From positions 1 through 64,000 of IMG/VR virus record IMGVR_UViG_2974674860_000001: a DNA stretch of 64,000 nt; one strand, written 5' to 3'. Of this stretch, positions 8,311 through 18,700 are shown piece by piece. This DNA comes from a virus (taxonomy: Duplodnaviria; Caudoviricetes). Under the pieces are notes generated by a model. That model was not told the DNA's origin, did no database searches, and worked only from the letters and a program-made list of their open reading frames with translations. How positions within the stretch are numbered: the stretch's first letter is position 1; each line of letters opens with the position of its first letter. The position numbers and the translations under genes were made by a program.

Positions 8311-9206
8311 TGGCGGCCGACACCTTCCGCAGCCTGATCGACGTCTACGCGAGCCGACGAACCGCACGGATCGAGCGCAGCAAGTCGCACCTGGAGATGC
8401 TCTGGCGCCAGGTCGATCCGTACGACGGCTCCGCGGTCAGCGACTTCGCCGAGCAGGCGGCCATGATCTCCGCGGCCAGCCAGCAGCACGTCGCCCTGAT
8501 GGCCTCCACGAAGCAGACCAGCGCCCTCGAACTCCTGGGCGCCGGCGACCTCGACTTCGCTCCGAACGTGCCAGATGAGGTCCGACTCTACAATCCCGAC
8601 CAGACCTCCGATCACGTCCGCCCCATCCGCAAGCGCACGAATGCTGGCTATTCCGAACGCATTCCGCTGGAAGAGGTGTTCGATCGGCCGGCGCGAAAGT
8701 ACCGGTACCTCAGGTCGGTCGGAAAGTCTCACACAGAAGCCCTTGAAGTTTCCGTCGAGCGTGTGAAAATTGCTATAGAGACCAATGTGATGCTCGCCGA
8801 ACGTGAGGCTGAGAATCAGGTCTTCACCGAGGCAAGTAAGCGCAAGCGCGTAACCGGTTGGCGCCGAATCCTTCACCCCGAGAAGTCCGAGGGCGGCGCG
8901 TGCGGTCTCTGCATCGCAGCAGCCGACCGAATCTACACGGTGAAGGAACTCAAGGCCCTCCACGCACGATGCAAGTGCGACACCCTCCCGATCTACAAGG
9001 GTAACGACCCCGGCCTTGACCTGAACGCGCAGGATCTCGAATCGCTCTACAGCGCAGCAGGATCTACGGCCGGCGCCGACCTCAAGAAGCTCCGCTTCCT
9101 GGTCGAGCAGCACGGCGAACTCGGACCGGTCCTCGTCTCACCTAAGGGCGTGACCATCCCGTTCTACTCCGCAGCTGAGCCTCAGATCGACACGCTCGCA
9201 GCGTAA
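8310..9206 (+). CDS. capsid maturation / MuF-like minor head protein
   Basis: GWRRILHPE..GACGLCIAAADRIY...LHARCKC motif; follows portal. Confidence 0.8.
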   Translation: MAADTFRSLIDVYASRRTARIERSKSHLEMLWRQVDPYDGSAVSDFAEQAAMISAASQQHVALMASTKQTSALELLGAGDLDFAPNVPDEVRLYNPDQTSDHVRPIRKRTNAGYSERIPLEEVFDRPARKYRYLRSVGKSHTEALEVSVERVKIAIETNVMLAEREAENQVFTEASKRKRVTGWRRILHPEKSEGGACGLCIAAADRIYTVKELKALHARCKCDTLPIYKGNDPGLDLNAQDLESLYSAAGSTAGADLKKLRFLVEQHGELGPVLVSPKGVTIPFYSAAEPQIDTLAA

Positions 9207-9290
9207 CTCATTCTTCCAACCCGCTCGGGTTGGGCACTCAGGCCCGTCATGGGCGATCACATCCTATCCCGACAGGGGAGCAATACACGT

Positions 9291-10022
9291 ATGTCCGACA
9301 CCTCGCAGGTCACCGACAACCAGGAAGCCCAGGCAGCAGCCGCCGCAGCAGAAGCCGCGGACGAGCAAGCACAGAACGCCGGGGCCGACAACCAGGGCGG
9401 TGACGGCGACGATGCGCCGGTCACCTCGAACGGTAAGCCGTTCGCGATGGCCAACGGAAAGTCCCTCGGCTACCCGGCCGAAACACCTTGGCGCGAGATG
9501 GAACCCGAAGAGCAGACCGCCTACTGGATGCACCAGTCCAAGGGGTGGCAGCGCAAGGCCCAGAACGGTGAGGGCTCGGAGGAATCCGAGGAACTGACCC
9601 GACTGCGCACAGAGAATCAGCAGCTCAAGGATTCCAAGCTGACGGACGAACAGCGTGAATCGGCCCAGGCGCTCGATGCAGCCAAGCAGGCTGGCGTCGA
9701 GGAGGCCGAGGCCCACTACAAGCCTCTCCTGCGAAACCTGTTGCTGGAGAACATCGCCACCGGGGTCATCGGCGATGCGAAGGCGAAGAAGTGGGCGCCG
9801 ACCGTCGACAAGGGAGCCTTCCTGGACGACGCCGGCGAACTCGATGGCGCAGCGGTGCTCGCACACCTGCGTGACATCTACGGCGAGGAGAACACCTCCA
9901 AGCCGCCGATCCCGGGCACCTACCAGCAGGCCGGCCAGTTCCAGCCCGGTGGCAAGACGCGCCCGAATCACATCGCCCAGAGCGATAGCCAGCTCGCCAA
10001 GCGATTCCCCGACGCCAAGTAA
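9291..10022 (+). CDS. scaffolding protein
   Basis: acidic low-complexity N-terminus, coiled coil, position before capsid genes. Confidence 0.8.
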   Translation: MSDTSQVTDNQEAQAAAAAAEAADEQAQNAGADNQGGDGDDAPVTSNGKPFAMANGKSLGYPAETPWREMEPEEQTAYWMHQSKGWQRKAQNGEGSEESEELTRLRTENQQLKDSKLTDEQRESAQALDAAKQAGVEEAEAHYKPLLRNLLLENIATGVIGDAKAKKWAPTVDKGAFLDDAGELDGAAVLAHLRDIYGEENTSKPPIPGTYQQAGQFQPGGKTRPNHIAQSDSQLAKRFPDAK

Positions 10023-10046
10023 CCCACTCTCCACAAAGGAAACCCC

Positions 10047-10457
10047 ATGACAGACATCGCAGTTCGGACGACCTACGAGGGCTTCTCCGACAACCACGCC
10101 TGGGTCTACGCAGACATCGGCAAGCAGGTCTCCCGTCGGACCATCACGCTCGACACCACCAAGTTCGACAAGGCGACGGACTACCCGAAGGGCTTCGTCC
10201 CGTCCGGCACCCCGCTGGGCAAGGTGACCGCGACCGGCAAGTACGCGCCGTTCGACAGCACCGAGACCGACGGCACCCAGGTCTTCGAGGGCTTCCTCTG
10301 GACCTACACCGACGTCGTCGACGGCCAGGAGATCGCCGTGACCGCGATCTGGGACGGCCCCGGCACCATCCGCGAGAACAAGCTCCCGAAGGCAGCTACG
10401 GCAGCCCTCAAGACGGCGGTGGCAGCGCACGGCCGCTTCAAGTTCGTCACCGCCTGA
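10047..10457 (+). CDS. head decoration protein
   Basis: VPSGTPLGKVTATGKYAPFD motif (lambda gpD-like). Confidence 0.8.
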   Translation: MTDIAVRTTYEGFSDNHAWVYADIGKQVSRRTITLDTTKFDKATDYPKGFVPSGTPLGKVTATGKYAPFDSTETDGTQVFEGFLWTYTDVVDGQEIAVTAIWDGPGTIRENKLPKAATAALKTAVAAHGRFKFVTA

Positions 10458-10492
10458 TCTCGGGCACCGAAACCACCTAAAGGACATCCTCC

Positions 10493-11542
10493 ATGGCTGA
10501 CAACATCCTCTACTCCCCGGTTCACCCCGACGCGGCGACGAGCTTCGTGCGGAAGATCCCGACGCCGGCGGACCACCTGCTCGCGAAGTACCTGCCCACC
10601 AAGGAGATCGTCGGCACCCGTGTCGAGGTCACCGAGGCCGTGCTGATCTCGCGGACTGCGAAGTTCCGTGCGTTCGACGCCCAGCCCACGAAGCTGGAGC
10701 GAGACGGCTACAGCAAGCGGCAGCTCGGCCTGCTCCCCGTCACCGTCGAAGGCGGCTACGGCGAGCTGGAGCGCCTCAAGATCGATCAGATGCGTCTGGC
10801 CGGCACGTCCGACCAGCCCATCGTCGAGGCGATCTACGACGACCTCACCAACGGCGTCGAGGCGATCCGCAACCGCATCGAGCTGGCCCGTGGTCAGCTG
10901 CTCTCGACCGGCCAGGTGGAGATCAACGAGAACGGCATCGTCGGTGCCGTCGCTGACTTCAACGTGCCGACGTCGAACTTCCCCGATGCCGCAGTCGCGT
11001 GGTCGGACGTCGAGAACGCCACCCCGGTCGAAGACCTCACCGCATGGGTGCTCGACTACAAGAAGAAGAACGGCTTCGCCCCCGCGGGCATGGTCGTGTC
11101 GCGCCAGGTGCTCAGCTACCTGCAGCGCAACAAGGAGATCCGCGTTCACGCGAACCTCCAGGCCAACGGTGGCCCGCAGCTGGTCGGCCTGGACGTCGTG
11201 AGCGCCGTCCTGTCGAACTTCATGCTGCCGCCGATCGTGGATGTCTACGACACCATCCTGAACGTGGATGGTGTGGACCAGCGCGTCCTGCCCGAGAACC
11301 AGCTCGTCTTCGTGACCCCGGTTGCCAAGACCCTGGGCGAGACCGTGTTCGGAGCGCCGTCGGCGTCGCGGGCACTGGCCGCCAGCTCGGCAGTGGAGCT
11401 GTCGATGGAGTCCGCACCGGGCCTCGTCGGCATGGTCATCCAGGAGCCGGACTTCCCGTTCCAGGAGAAGGTCATCGTCGATGGCATCGTCCTCCCGGTC
11501 CTGAACTCGCCGAAGGCTCTGTACTCGCCGACGGTGTACTGA
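10493..11542 (+). CDS. major capsid protein (lambda gpE-like family)
   Basis: size 349 aa, position, RIELARGQLLSTG motif. Confidence 0.9.
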   Translation: MADNILYSPVHPDAATSFVRKIPTPADHLLAKYLPTKEIVGTRVEVTEAVLISRTAKFRAFDAQPTKLERDGYSKRQLGLLPVTVEGGYGELERLKIDQMRLAGTSDQPIVEAIYDDLTNGVEAIRNRIELARGQLLSTGQVEINENGIVGAVADFNVPTSNFPDAAVAWSDVENATPVEDLTAWVLDYKKKNGFAPAGMVVSRQVLSYLQRNKEIRVHANLQANGGPQLVGLDVVSAVLSNFMLPPIVDVYDTILNVDGVDQRVLPENQLVFVTPVAKTLGETVFGAPSASRALAASSAVELSMESAPGLVGMVIQEPDFPFQEKVIVDGIVLPVLNSPKALYSPTVY

Positions 11543-11556
11543 CCCCAGACCCCCTG

Positions 11557-11593
11557 ATGAAGCCGGGTGCCGGATACCGGCGCCCGGCTTCAT
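11557..11593 (+). terminator. hairpin after the major capsid gene
   Basis: ATGAAGCCGGG...CCCGGCTTCAT inverted repeat. Confidence 0.7.
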
Positions 11594-11635
11594 TCGTCTC
11601 CACCCCACCCCCTCTCAAAGGACCCATCAGCCGCC

Positions 11636-12079
11636 ATGGCACGCCTCCGTAGCTTCGTGTTCGTCAAGGACGAGCAGAACCGCCCCGTACTCCTCGGCCC
11701 CGATACCGATGTGCCCACGTGGGCACTGGCCAAGATCACCAACCCCCGAGCATGGCTCGACTACAACCCCGACGTCGTGGTCATCGACTCCGAGGTCGTT
11801 GACGCCGTCACCGATGCCATCGAGGCCGCCGACGCCGCCGAAGCCGGCGCCCTGGAGGCCAGTCAGGACCTCGCCGCGGCACACGCCGACGCCACGGAAA
11901 TCCTCGAGGAAGCCAACACTGAGCTGGCCGAAGAGCCCGCGGAAGCCGCTGAGCGACCGAATGATTCGGACTCCAAGGGCGAGTGGGTCGCCTACGCCGA
12001 TGCCCGTGGAATCGACACCACCGGCCTGACGAAGAACGCCATCATCGCTGCTGTCGAGGCCGCTGACAGCGAGGCCTGA
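11636..12079 (+). CDS. head-associated hypothetical protein with a C-terminal helical extension domain
   Basis: KGEWVAYADARGIDTTGLTK C-terminus; position. Confidence 0.75.
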   Translation: MARLRSFVFVKDEQNRPVLLGPDTDVPTWALAKITNPRAWLDYNPDVVVIDSEVVDAVTDAIEAADAAEAGALEASQDLAAAHADATEILEEANTELAEEPAEAAERPNDSDSKGEWVAYADARGIDTTGLTKNAIIAAVEAADSEA

Positions 12080-12080
12080 C

Positions 12081-12467
12081 ATGGCCGACTTCGCCGTCGC
12101 GCAGGACGTCTTTGACGCCTCGTGGGACCACATTGACCCGAGCCGCGAGACGTGGATCAGCACCCAGATCGGCCGCGCTGAGACTCTGCTCAAGACCAAG
12201 GTCACCCGACTGCAGAACGTCAGCTCACTCAGTGAGCTGGATGCCGCCAACGCGAACACCGCGGTGGTCAACGCAGTCCTGCGATTCATCGCCAACCCCA
12301 AGGGCATCAAACAGGAGTCGGTCCAGGACCAGAGCGTCACTCGCTTCGAGGACGCCCGCGGTGGCGGGATCTACTTCACCGACGAGGAGCTGTCGTGGTT
12401 CCGCCCGACAGCCCGCCGACGAGTCGGCAACATCGGCGTCGCGCCGCCGAAGTGGGGGCAGGTCTGA
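12081..12467 (+). CDS. head-to-tail adaptor
   Basis: VLRFIANPKGIKQESV motif; position. Confidence 0.8.
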   Translation: MADFAVAQDVFDASWDHIDPSRETWISTQIGRAETLLKTKVTRLQNVSSLSELDAANANTAVVNAVLRFIANPKGIKQESVQDQSVTRFEDARGGGIYFTDEELSWFRPTARRRVGNIGVAPPKWGQV

Positions 12468-12796
12468 TGGCCGACGTGAAGGTGCTGCGTGCACCAGCCG
12501 GTCGGGTCAAGCACGGCGAGAAGCACCGCGGCCTGGAGGATTCCCACGCGCTCTACGGCGTCATCGTCACGTGGTACGACACCGACGACATCAACTCCGC
12601 GTCGGGCCACGGCCGCGACGGCAAGAAGGTCGACGGAGAGATGTCGATCAACCCCGGCGACGACCTGACTCCCACCGACCGCGTCGAGATCGACGGCCTC
12701 ATCTACAAGATCGAGGGCAAGATCATGCGCAAGCGAAATGACCTCACCGGCACCGAGTTCCGACCGCGAGTCCATCTCGTCCGCTTCGAGGGCTGA
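12467..12796 (+). CDS. head-to-tail stopper
   Basis: DRVEIDGLIYKIEG motif; TGATG coupling. Confidence 0.8.
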   Translation: MADVKVLRAPAGRVKHGEKHRGLEDSHALYGVIVTWYDTDDINSASGHGRDGKKVDGEMSINPGDDLTPTDRVEIDGLIYKIEGKIMRKRNDLTGTEFRPRVHLVRFEG

Positions 12797-12799
12797 TCG

Positions 12800-13213
12800 G
12801 TGGCCCCGCACAATGTGCGCTTCAAAATGGAGCGTGACTACGCCGAAAAGGCCTTGAAGTCACCTGCCATGCGTCAGATGATTGGTAGGAAGGCGAGGCT
12901 CGCCATCGCGCTGTTTCAGCAGCGGGCGACCAAACGCACCGGCGAGAACGCCCGGAAGATCCGCTCACGCACCGTCATTGGTGGCGACAAGCGAGATCGC
13001 ATCGAAGCCCACATCGAGACCTACTCGGATCACAACCTGGCTCGTGAGTTCGGCACCGTCCGAAAGCGCGGAGGTTCCTACTCCGACGAGGTTGCCAAGC
13101 GGTACGGCCGAGACGTCCTCGGACGCGCCACATCTCGCTCATCTCGTGAAGCGGTCCTCGGTGGCGACAACCGCAAGCGCCTGTCTGTCGTCAAGACCCT
13201 GGAGGAGAAGTGA
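12800..13213 (+). CDS. neck / tail completion protein (putative)
   Basis: position; AREFGT motif. Confidence 0.65.
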   Translation: MAPHNVRFKMERDYAEKALKSPAMRQMIGRKARLAIALFQQRATKRTGENARKIRSRTVIGGDKRDRIEAHIETYSDHNLAREFGTVRKRGGSYSDEVAKRYGRDVLGRATSRSSREAVLGGDNRKRLSVVKTLEEK

Positions 13214-13608
13214 GCCTTCCCGACGTGGAGAAGCTCATCGAGATCTACCTCGACGACCTGGTCTACACCGACACCCACCTGCCCGAGCCGCCATGGGACG
13301 ACATCTTCCCGATTGCAGTCTACAACCGACTGCCCGCCGGCGGCGTTGACGCAGACGGACTCACCGACCGAGCCCTGGTCGGATTCCTGATCATCGGCGA
13401 GACCCGCGACGCCGCCCAGTCGGCCGCCCGTGAGGTCACCGAGAAGATCCTGAACGACGGGCTCTGCTACGAGATCCACCACAACGGCCAGGACTGGCTC
13501 GTCGAAAGCGTCGAGCAGGTTTCCTCCGGCGCCAACGAGCTGGACGTCAACCCCGACAACCGATTTGTCGAACTGTCGTTCTGGCTCAATATCTCACTGA
13601 GGTTCTGA
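13210..13608 (+). CDS. tail terminator protein
   Basis: position before the major tail gene; RLPAGG motif. Confidence 0.7.
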   Translation: MSLPDVEKLIEIYLDDLVYTDTHLPEPPWDDIFPIAVYNRLPAGGVDADGLTDRALVGFLIIGETRDAAQSAAREVTEKILNDGLCYEIHHNGQDWLVESVEQVSSGANELDVNPDNRFVELSFWLNISLRF

Positions 13609-13725
13609 CGCCGCCACTCTGAGCGGCCCCTCATTCTCGCGCACCATCGCGCATCTTCCCATCTCGCTGTGGCTGACAGCGTCTCATTTTCAGCCGCGAA
13701 AACCCTGCCACACCAAGGAGATTCA

Positions 13726-14382
13726 ATGGCTGACAATGCGGCTATCATGAACGCGCAGAACAAGCTCGTTCGCAAGATGACGGCCGGCGCCGTCCTGCTC
13801 GGCGACCTGGACACCGACATCCCCGATGAGTTCACCACGGGCGCCCTTGCGGAGTTCACGGTTCCGACCGGATTCAGCTCGCTGGGCCTGACCTCGCGAG
13901 ACGGTTCGCCGACGTTCACCCCCGAGACCGAGACCAGCGACGTCGACAGCTGGGGCCTGCTGGAGCCGTCGCGTTCGGACATCATCCGGCGCACGACCTC
14001 GGTGGCCTGGACCAGCCAGGAGACCAACAAGAAGGTCCTCGGCCTGTACCACAACGCCGACCTGACCGCGGTCACCTCGGACGCGACCACCGGCGAGACC
14101 CACGTGGTCGACCCGACCAGCCCCGACATCATCTACCACCGCGCCATCTTCGTCGGCATCGACGGCACCGGCGCGAACGCGATCTACATCCTCAAGATCT
14201 GCCCGCGCTTCCACATCACCGAGGTGGGCGAGCAGCAGTGGGGCGCCGAGAACGCGGTCGAGTACCCGTTCACCGGTTCGGCCAAGGTCGACGAGGACCT
14301 GGGCTACGCGGTGATGACCGTGTTCGGCGGCCCGGGCTGGAAGAAGATCGCGGTCGCCGCGGGCTTCCAGGCCGCTCCGTGA
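13726..14382 (+). CDS. major tail protein
   Basis: GFSSLGLTSRDG..SDVDSWG..EPSRSDI motif; RBS AAGGAG. Confidence 0.9.
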   Translation: MADNAAIMNAQNKLVRKMTAGAVLLGDLDTDIPDEFTTGALAEFTVPTGFSSLGLTSRDGSPTFTPETETSDVDSWGLLEPSRSDIIRRTTSVAWTSQETNKKVLGLYHNADLTAVTSDATTGETHVVDPTSPDIIYHRAIFVGIDGTGANAIYILKICPRFHITEVGEQQWGAENAVEYPFTGSAKVDEDLGYAVMTVFGGPGWKKIAVAAGFQAAP

Positions 14383-14400
14383 CCCTGACCAACTGACCCA

Positions 14401-14447
14401 TCGGCCCCGTCCGCTGTTTACTCCCCGGCAGCGGCGGGGCCGATTTT
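14401..14447 (+). terminator. intrinsic terminator after the major tail gene
   Basis: TCGGCCCCG...CGGGGCCGA followed by TTTT. Confidence 0.75.
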
Positions 14448-14487
14448 CTCTCTACCCCCGGGGATTTCATCCAGAGGAGTACCACCC

Positions 14488-14763
14488 ATGGCCGCATTCG
14501 AGCCCGTCACCCTTGTCCACCACCGTACCGGCGAGGAGTGCAAAGCGTACTCGGCCGTCGGTCTGAATAACCTTGTGGCCGCCGGTTTCGCACGGAAGAA
14601 TGAAGTCAGGCGATCGAACCCGGCCACTTCTGAAAAGGCCGCTGGGGACGCCGAATCCGCTCCGAGCACCGAGGTCTCGACACCCGTCGAACCGGTCACA
14701 CCGGAAGCACCTGCCGAGGGCGTCGAGAAGCCCGAAACCAGCACCCGCGCCAAGCGTCGCTGA
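14488..14763 (+). CDS. hypothetical protein
   Basis: RBS GAGGAG; ORF between major tail and chaperone genes. Confidence 0.7.
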   Translation: MAAFEPVTLVHHRTGEECKAYSAVGLNNLVAAGFARKNEVRRSNPATSEKAAGDAESAPSTEVSTPVEPVTPEAPAEGVEKPETSTRAKRR

Positions 14764-14795
14764 TCACCACGAACTCAAGGGGAGTTTGAAACATC

Positions 14796-15215
14796 ATGTC
14801 CAAGAAGGATTCCAAGGTCGAAGACGTCAACGACGTGGCAGTCGAGTCGCCGGTGACCAGCCGGTTCGCGAAACTGTTCGACGAGGCGATGGCCGACTTC
14901 ACGCCGGCCAAGCCATACCCGTTCGATGCCGACCCTGAGAACGTCGTCTACATCACCCGGCCGGATTCCACGGAGCGGGCACTTGCACTGGCGACCATCG
15001 TCGATGACCGCGGCAACGTGGACGTCGAGGGACTGCGGCCGATGCTCGAACAGCTCTGCGGCCCCAACGCTTTCCCGTACGTGTGGCGCATCATCCGCGA
15101 CGCACCGCTCGAAGTGACGATCGCCCTCGTGCTCGACATGCAGGACTGGTTCTACGGCTCCGCGGCCGAGGGTGCCAGTGATCTGCCGGGGGGTTCGCGG
15201 GGCTCATCCGAATAA
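14796..15215 (+). CDS. tail assembly chaperone (short form)
   Basis: position; slippery sequence near the 3' end. Confidence 0.85.
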   Translation: MSKKDSKVEDVNDVAVESPVTSRFAKLFDEAMADFTPAKPYPFDADPENVVYITRPDSTERALALATIVDDRGNVDVEGLRPMLEQLCGPNAFPYVWRIIRDAPLEVTIALVLDMQDWFYGSAAEGASDLPGGSRGSSE

Positions 15216-15721
15216 TCGAGGAACACGGTGAGTCCATCGAGTGGGATCTCCACGCTGAGCTGAACCTCGACCTGCTCGACTTCTTCCGCGGGCAGGCGCC
15301 ATGGGCAAAGCTGTATCGGCTCCTCAGGAAACTACCTCAGGGGAGCCGATACAAATCGGCTCTGGCAGAAAACATGGAGCTTGCGAAAGTGCTCCTTGAG
15401 ATGGAAGACCAACAGTCCGAAGACGATTGGATGTCGTCTCTCCTCGAAGACGAGGACGACGAATCCCCTGAGGACGAAGAACTTTCGCCCACGTCTGCCG
15501 TCGGTCACACAGCTGAAATCGAGCTGCTGATGAAGATCACCGACTGGCTCCAGACGCTCAATTCCACCCTCATCGGCGTCAATCAGGCCAGAGGGAAGCG
15601 GCCCCCGCGTGTGCGACCACATCCGCGCCCGGTGTCGGCAATCCAAGTCTTGAAGCGCGAGCGCGAGAAGACGGCAGTGCGAAGCATGCTGGCCGACCTC
15701 GGAGTCTCCAACACAGAGTGA
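14796..15721 (+). CDS. tail assembly chaperone, -1 frameshifted long form
   Basis: G GGG GGT at 15188-15194; the -1 frame is open (FAGLIRIIEEHGESIEWDL...) through the 15374-15721 ORF. Confidence 0.85.
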
Positions 15722-15736
15722 TTCGAGGAGTGTGCA

Positions 15737-18700
15737 GTGGCTCTCAACCGCTACCAGGCAGGCACTGCATGGATTCGGGTCACCCCCGACTTCCGCGACT
15801 TCGGCAAGAAGCTGGAACGCCAGGTCCAGGACAATCTGAATAGCGTCGCAGCCCGAGCGAAGGTCGATACGAAGAGTATCGATCGCGCTCGGGCTGAAAT
15901 GCGTGCGCTCTCAAAGGAGACCGTCACCCCAGGCATCGAGCCCAAGGTGAACAAGAAGGCCCTCGCCCAGGCCGAGCGGCTCCTGGACGGACTCGACGCC
16001 AAGCGTCGCACCGCCGTCGTCACCGCTGAGGTCAACAAGATCAAGGCCGAGCAGGAACTGTCTCGCCTGACCAAACGTCAGCGAGTGGTCATCGAGGCCG
16101 ACGTCGACGGCAAGTCGGTCACCAAGAACTTCGACAAGATCCGCACCGAGATCAGCAAGCGGATGGCCAAGGAGGGCCCGCTCACCGACGCCGGTGCCAA
16201 GGCCATCTCCCAGGCCCTGCGCCGCGCCCTCAAGACCGACGTCGCCTCGGCGGCCCTTCTGCCACACAAACGCGAGTGGGACGCCGCCACACGCGAGGCC
16301 AAGCGCCTGCAGGGCATCATCAACAGCGGCCGAGTCATCGACCCCCGCGAGATCGAGAAGGCCAGCGACGCGATCGTCAAGGCCGCCCGCGAGCGCACGA
16401 AGGCAGAGAAGGACTACGCAGACGCGCAGCGCGCCGCCGTCAAGCACACCCGGGAGCTGGAAGACACCAGCGCCAAACTGACGTCGCACGAGCGCGCTCA
16501 GGCCCACTGGGCAACCAAGCGTGCGAAGGCCAACAAGGTCGCCGAGCAGGCCAGCAAGCAGATCGCCAAAGCCCCCGAAGCCGAGGCCGAACAGCTCGCA
16601 CGCATCGATCGCCTGCGCAAGGCCCGCGAGCGCGCCGACGAGAAGGTCGCCAACCATCCAGCGACAGCGACCTGGGAGAACCGCAACAAGACCCAGCAGC
16701 TCGAAATCGACCGACAGGCCCGCGCCGTCGCTCGCCTCGCCAAGGCCGAGGACGACCTCAGGATCATGCGCGAGGACGTCGCGGTCGCCGAGGCTCGACG
16801 CAACCGATCCACCGACAGCGTCAAGACCTATGACCGGCGCCTGCGCGCCGCCGAAGCGATCATCGAGCAGGAGAAGGGGCTCGTCAAGCGCGCCCGCACC
16901 ATGGCCAACCAGGCAGAAGATGCCATGGAGACCGCGGCCGTGAAGCGCGAGCGCGCCCAGGACAAGTACGCCCAGGCGCTCGCCAACCACGAGGAGGCGC
17001 GACTCGGCGCCATCGCGAAGGCCGAGAACGAACTCGCCTCGGTTCGCGCCGCCCACACCGAGGCCATCAACCGCGAAGCTGCGGCGTCGGCCCGCTACAA
17101 CCAGCTCCTCCCGCAGCAGACCCACGAGGCCCGCCGGCTCGCCGACTCCCTCAAGCGACTGCGCTCGCAGTCACTGTCCACCCGCGACGAGGTCGAGACC
17201 GCGCTCAACCGCGCCAACACCTCGCTCGGTCGCGACCGCGCCAAGGTGGACCTCCGCGTCGACGGCCGCGAGACAGACACCGCCCACAACCGGCTGCTGG
17301 AGCGCATGCCCAGCCACATCGCCGACTCGCGCATCGAGAAGGATGTCGTGGCCCGACAGGCTGCGATGAAGTCCGCGGCCGCCTACGACCGCACAATGTC
17401 GCAGCTGGAGCAGCGCACCTACGCCGTCCGCAACGCCGAGCGCGCCCTGGCTGACGCAACCCGCCAGCGCATCGCCCTCGAAGAGGCTGGCCAGATCACC
17501 AGCGAGCGCGGCGTGGCCGCACTGGAGCGCGAGGCCATCGCCATCGAGCGCGTGACCCACGTGCAGCGGCAGCAGAAGGTCTCCCGCGAGCAGGCCGACC
17601 GCGCCCGCGGCTCGTACAACCTCGCCAGCCGGGGCCTGGAAGACCGCATCAACCTCAACCCGATCCAGCGGTTCCTCGACAAGCTCGACCATGGCGCCAA
17701 CCAGGTCATCGGCAAGATCAACGAACGACTGATCTTCGCCGGCCGACTCCTGTCCGCCGTCTCGTCGCTCGGCATGGCCGCGGCCGCCGGACTCGCCGGC
17801 CTCGGCGCGATCAACCTCGTCCCACTCGTCGGCTCGATCAGCCAGGTCGTCGGCGTCCTCGGACTCGTCCCGGCCATGGCCGCCAGCGCAGCGACCGCTA
17901 TCGCAGCCATCGCCGTCGGCGCCAACGGCATCGGCGACGCATTCAAGGCCGCAGCCAAGCTGACCGACGCCAAGGCCAAGCCCGCCACGGGTGGCGGCGC
18001 AACCCGCGGCGCACAGCGGACGCTGGAGAACGCGCAGAAGTCACAGGCGCGCACCGCAGTCCAGGGTGCACGCCAGATCCGCGATGCCGAGAAGTCGGTC
18101 ACCAAGGCGCAGAAATCGTCCGAGGACGCACAGAAGGACCTCACTCGCGCACGGGCCGAAGCTCGCGACGAGATCGAGGACATGAACCGGTCCCTCAAGG
18201 GCCTGGCGCTCGACGAAGAAGACGCCGCACTCTCGGTCCAGGAGGCCCGCAAGAACCTGCGCGAGACCATGGCCGATCCCGACGCGGACGCCATCGATCG
18301 CAAGCGCGCCAACCTCAGCTACCGCCAAGCTATCCAGAACCTCGACGACGTCCGTCGGGCCAACCAGGACACCCGCAACGAGGTCGCCGAAGCCAACCGC
18401 AAGGGCGTCGAGGGGTCCGACAAGGTCGTCTCCGCCCAGGAGCGCGCCACCGCGGCCCAGGAGGGCCTCGTCGAAGCGCAGCAGAACCTCGTCGAGACCC
18501 AGCAGGACGTGGCGCAGGCCAACGCCGACGCCGCCGACCGCATCGCCGACGCCCAGGAAGCCCTCGCGGCGGCAGCCGCCGGCGGGGCCTCAGCTGTCGA
18601 CACCGCGGCCGCCGAGTTCGAGGCCTCCATGGAGCGCCTCGCCCCCAATGCCCAGGCTCTCGTCGTGGGCCTCCTTGGCGTGGGCGACGCATGGACCGAA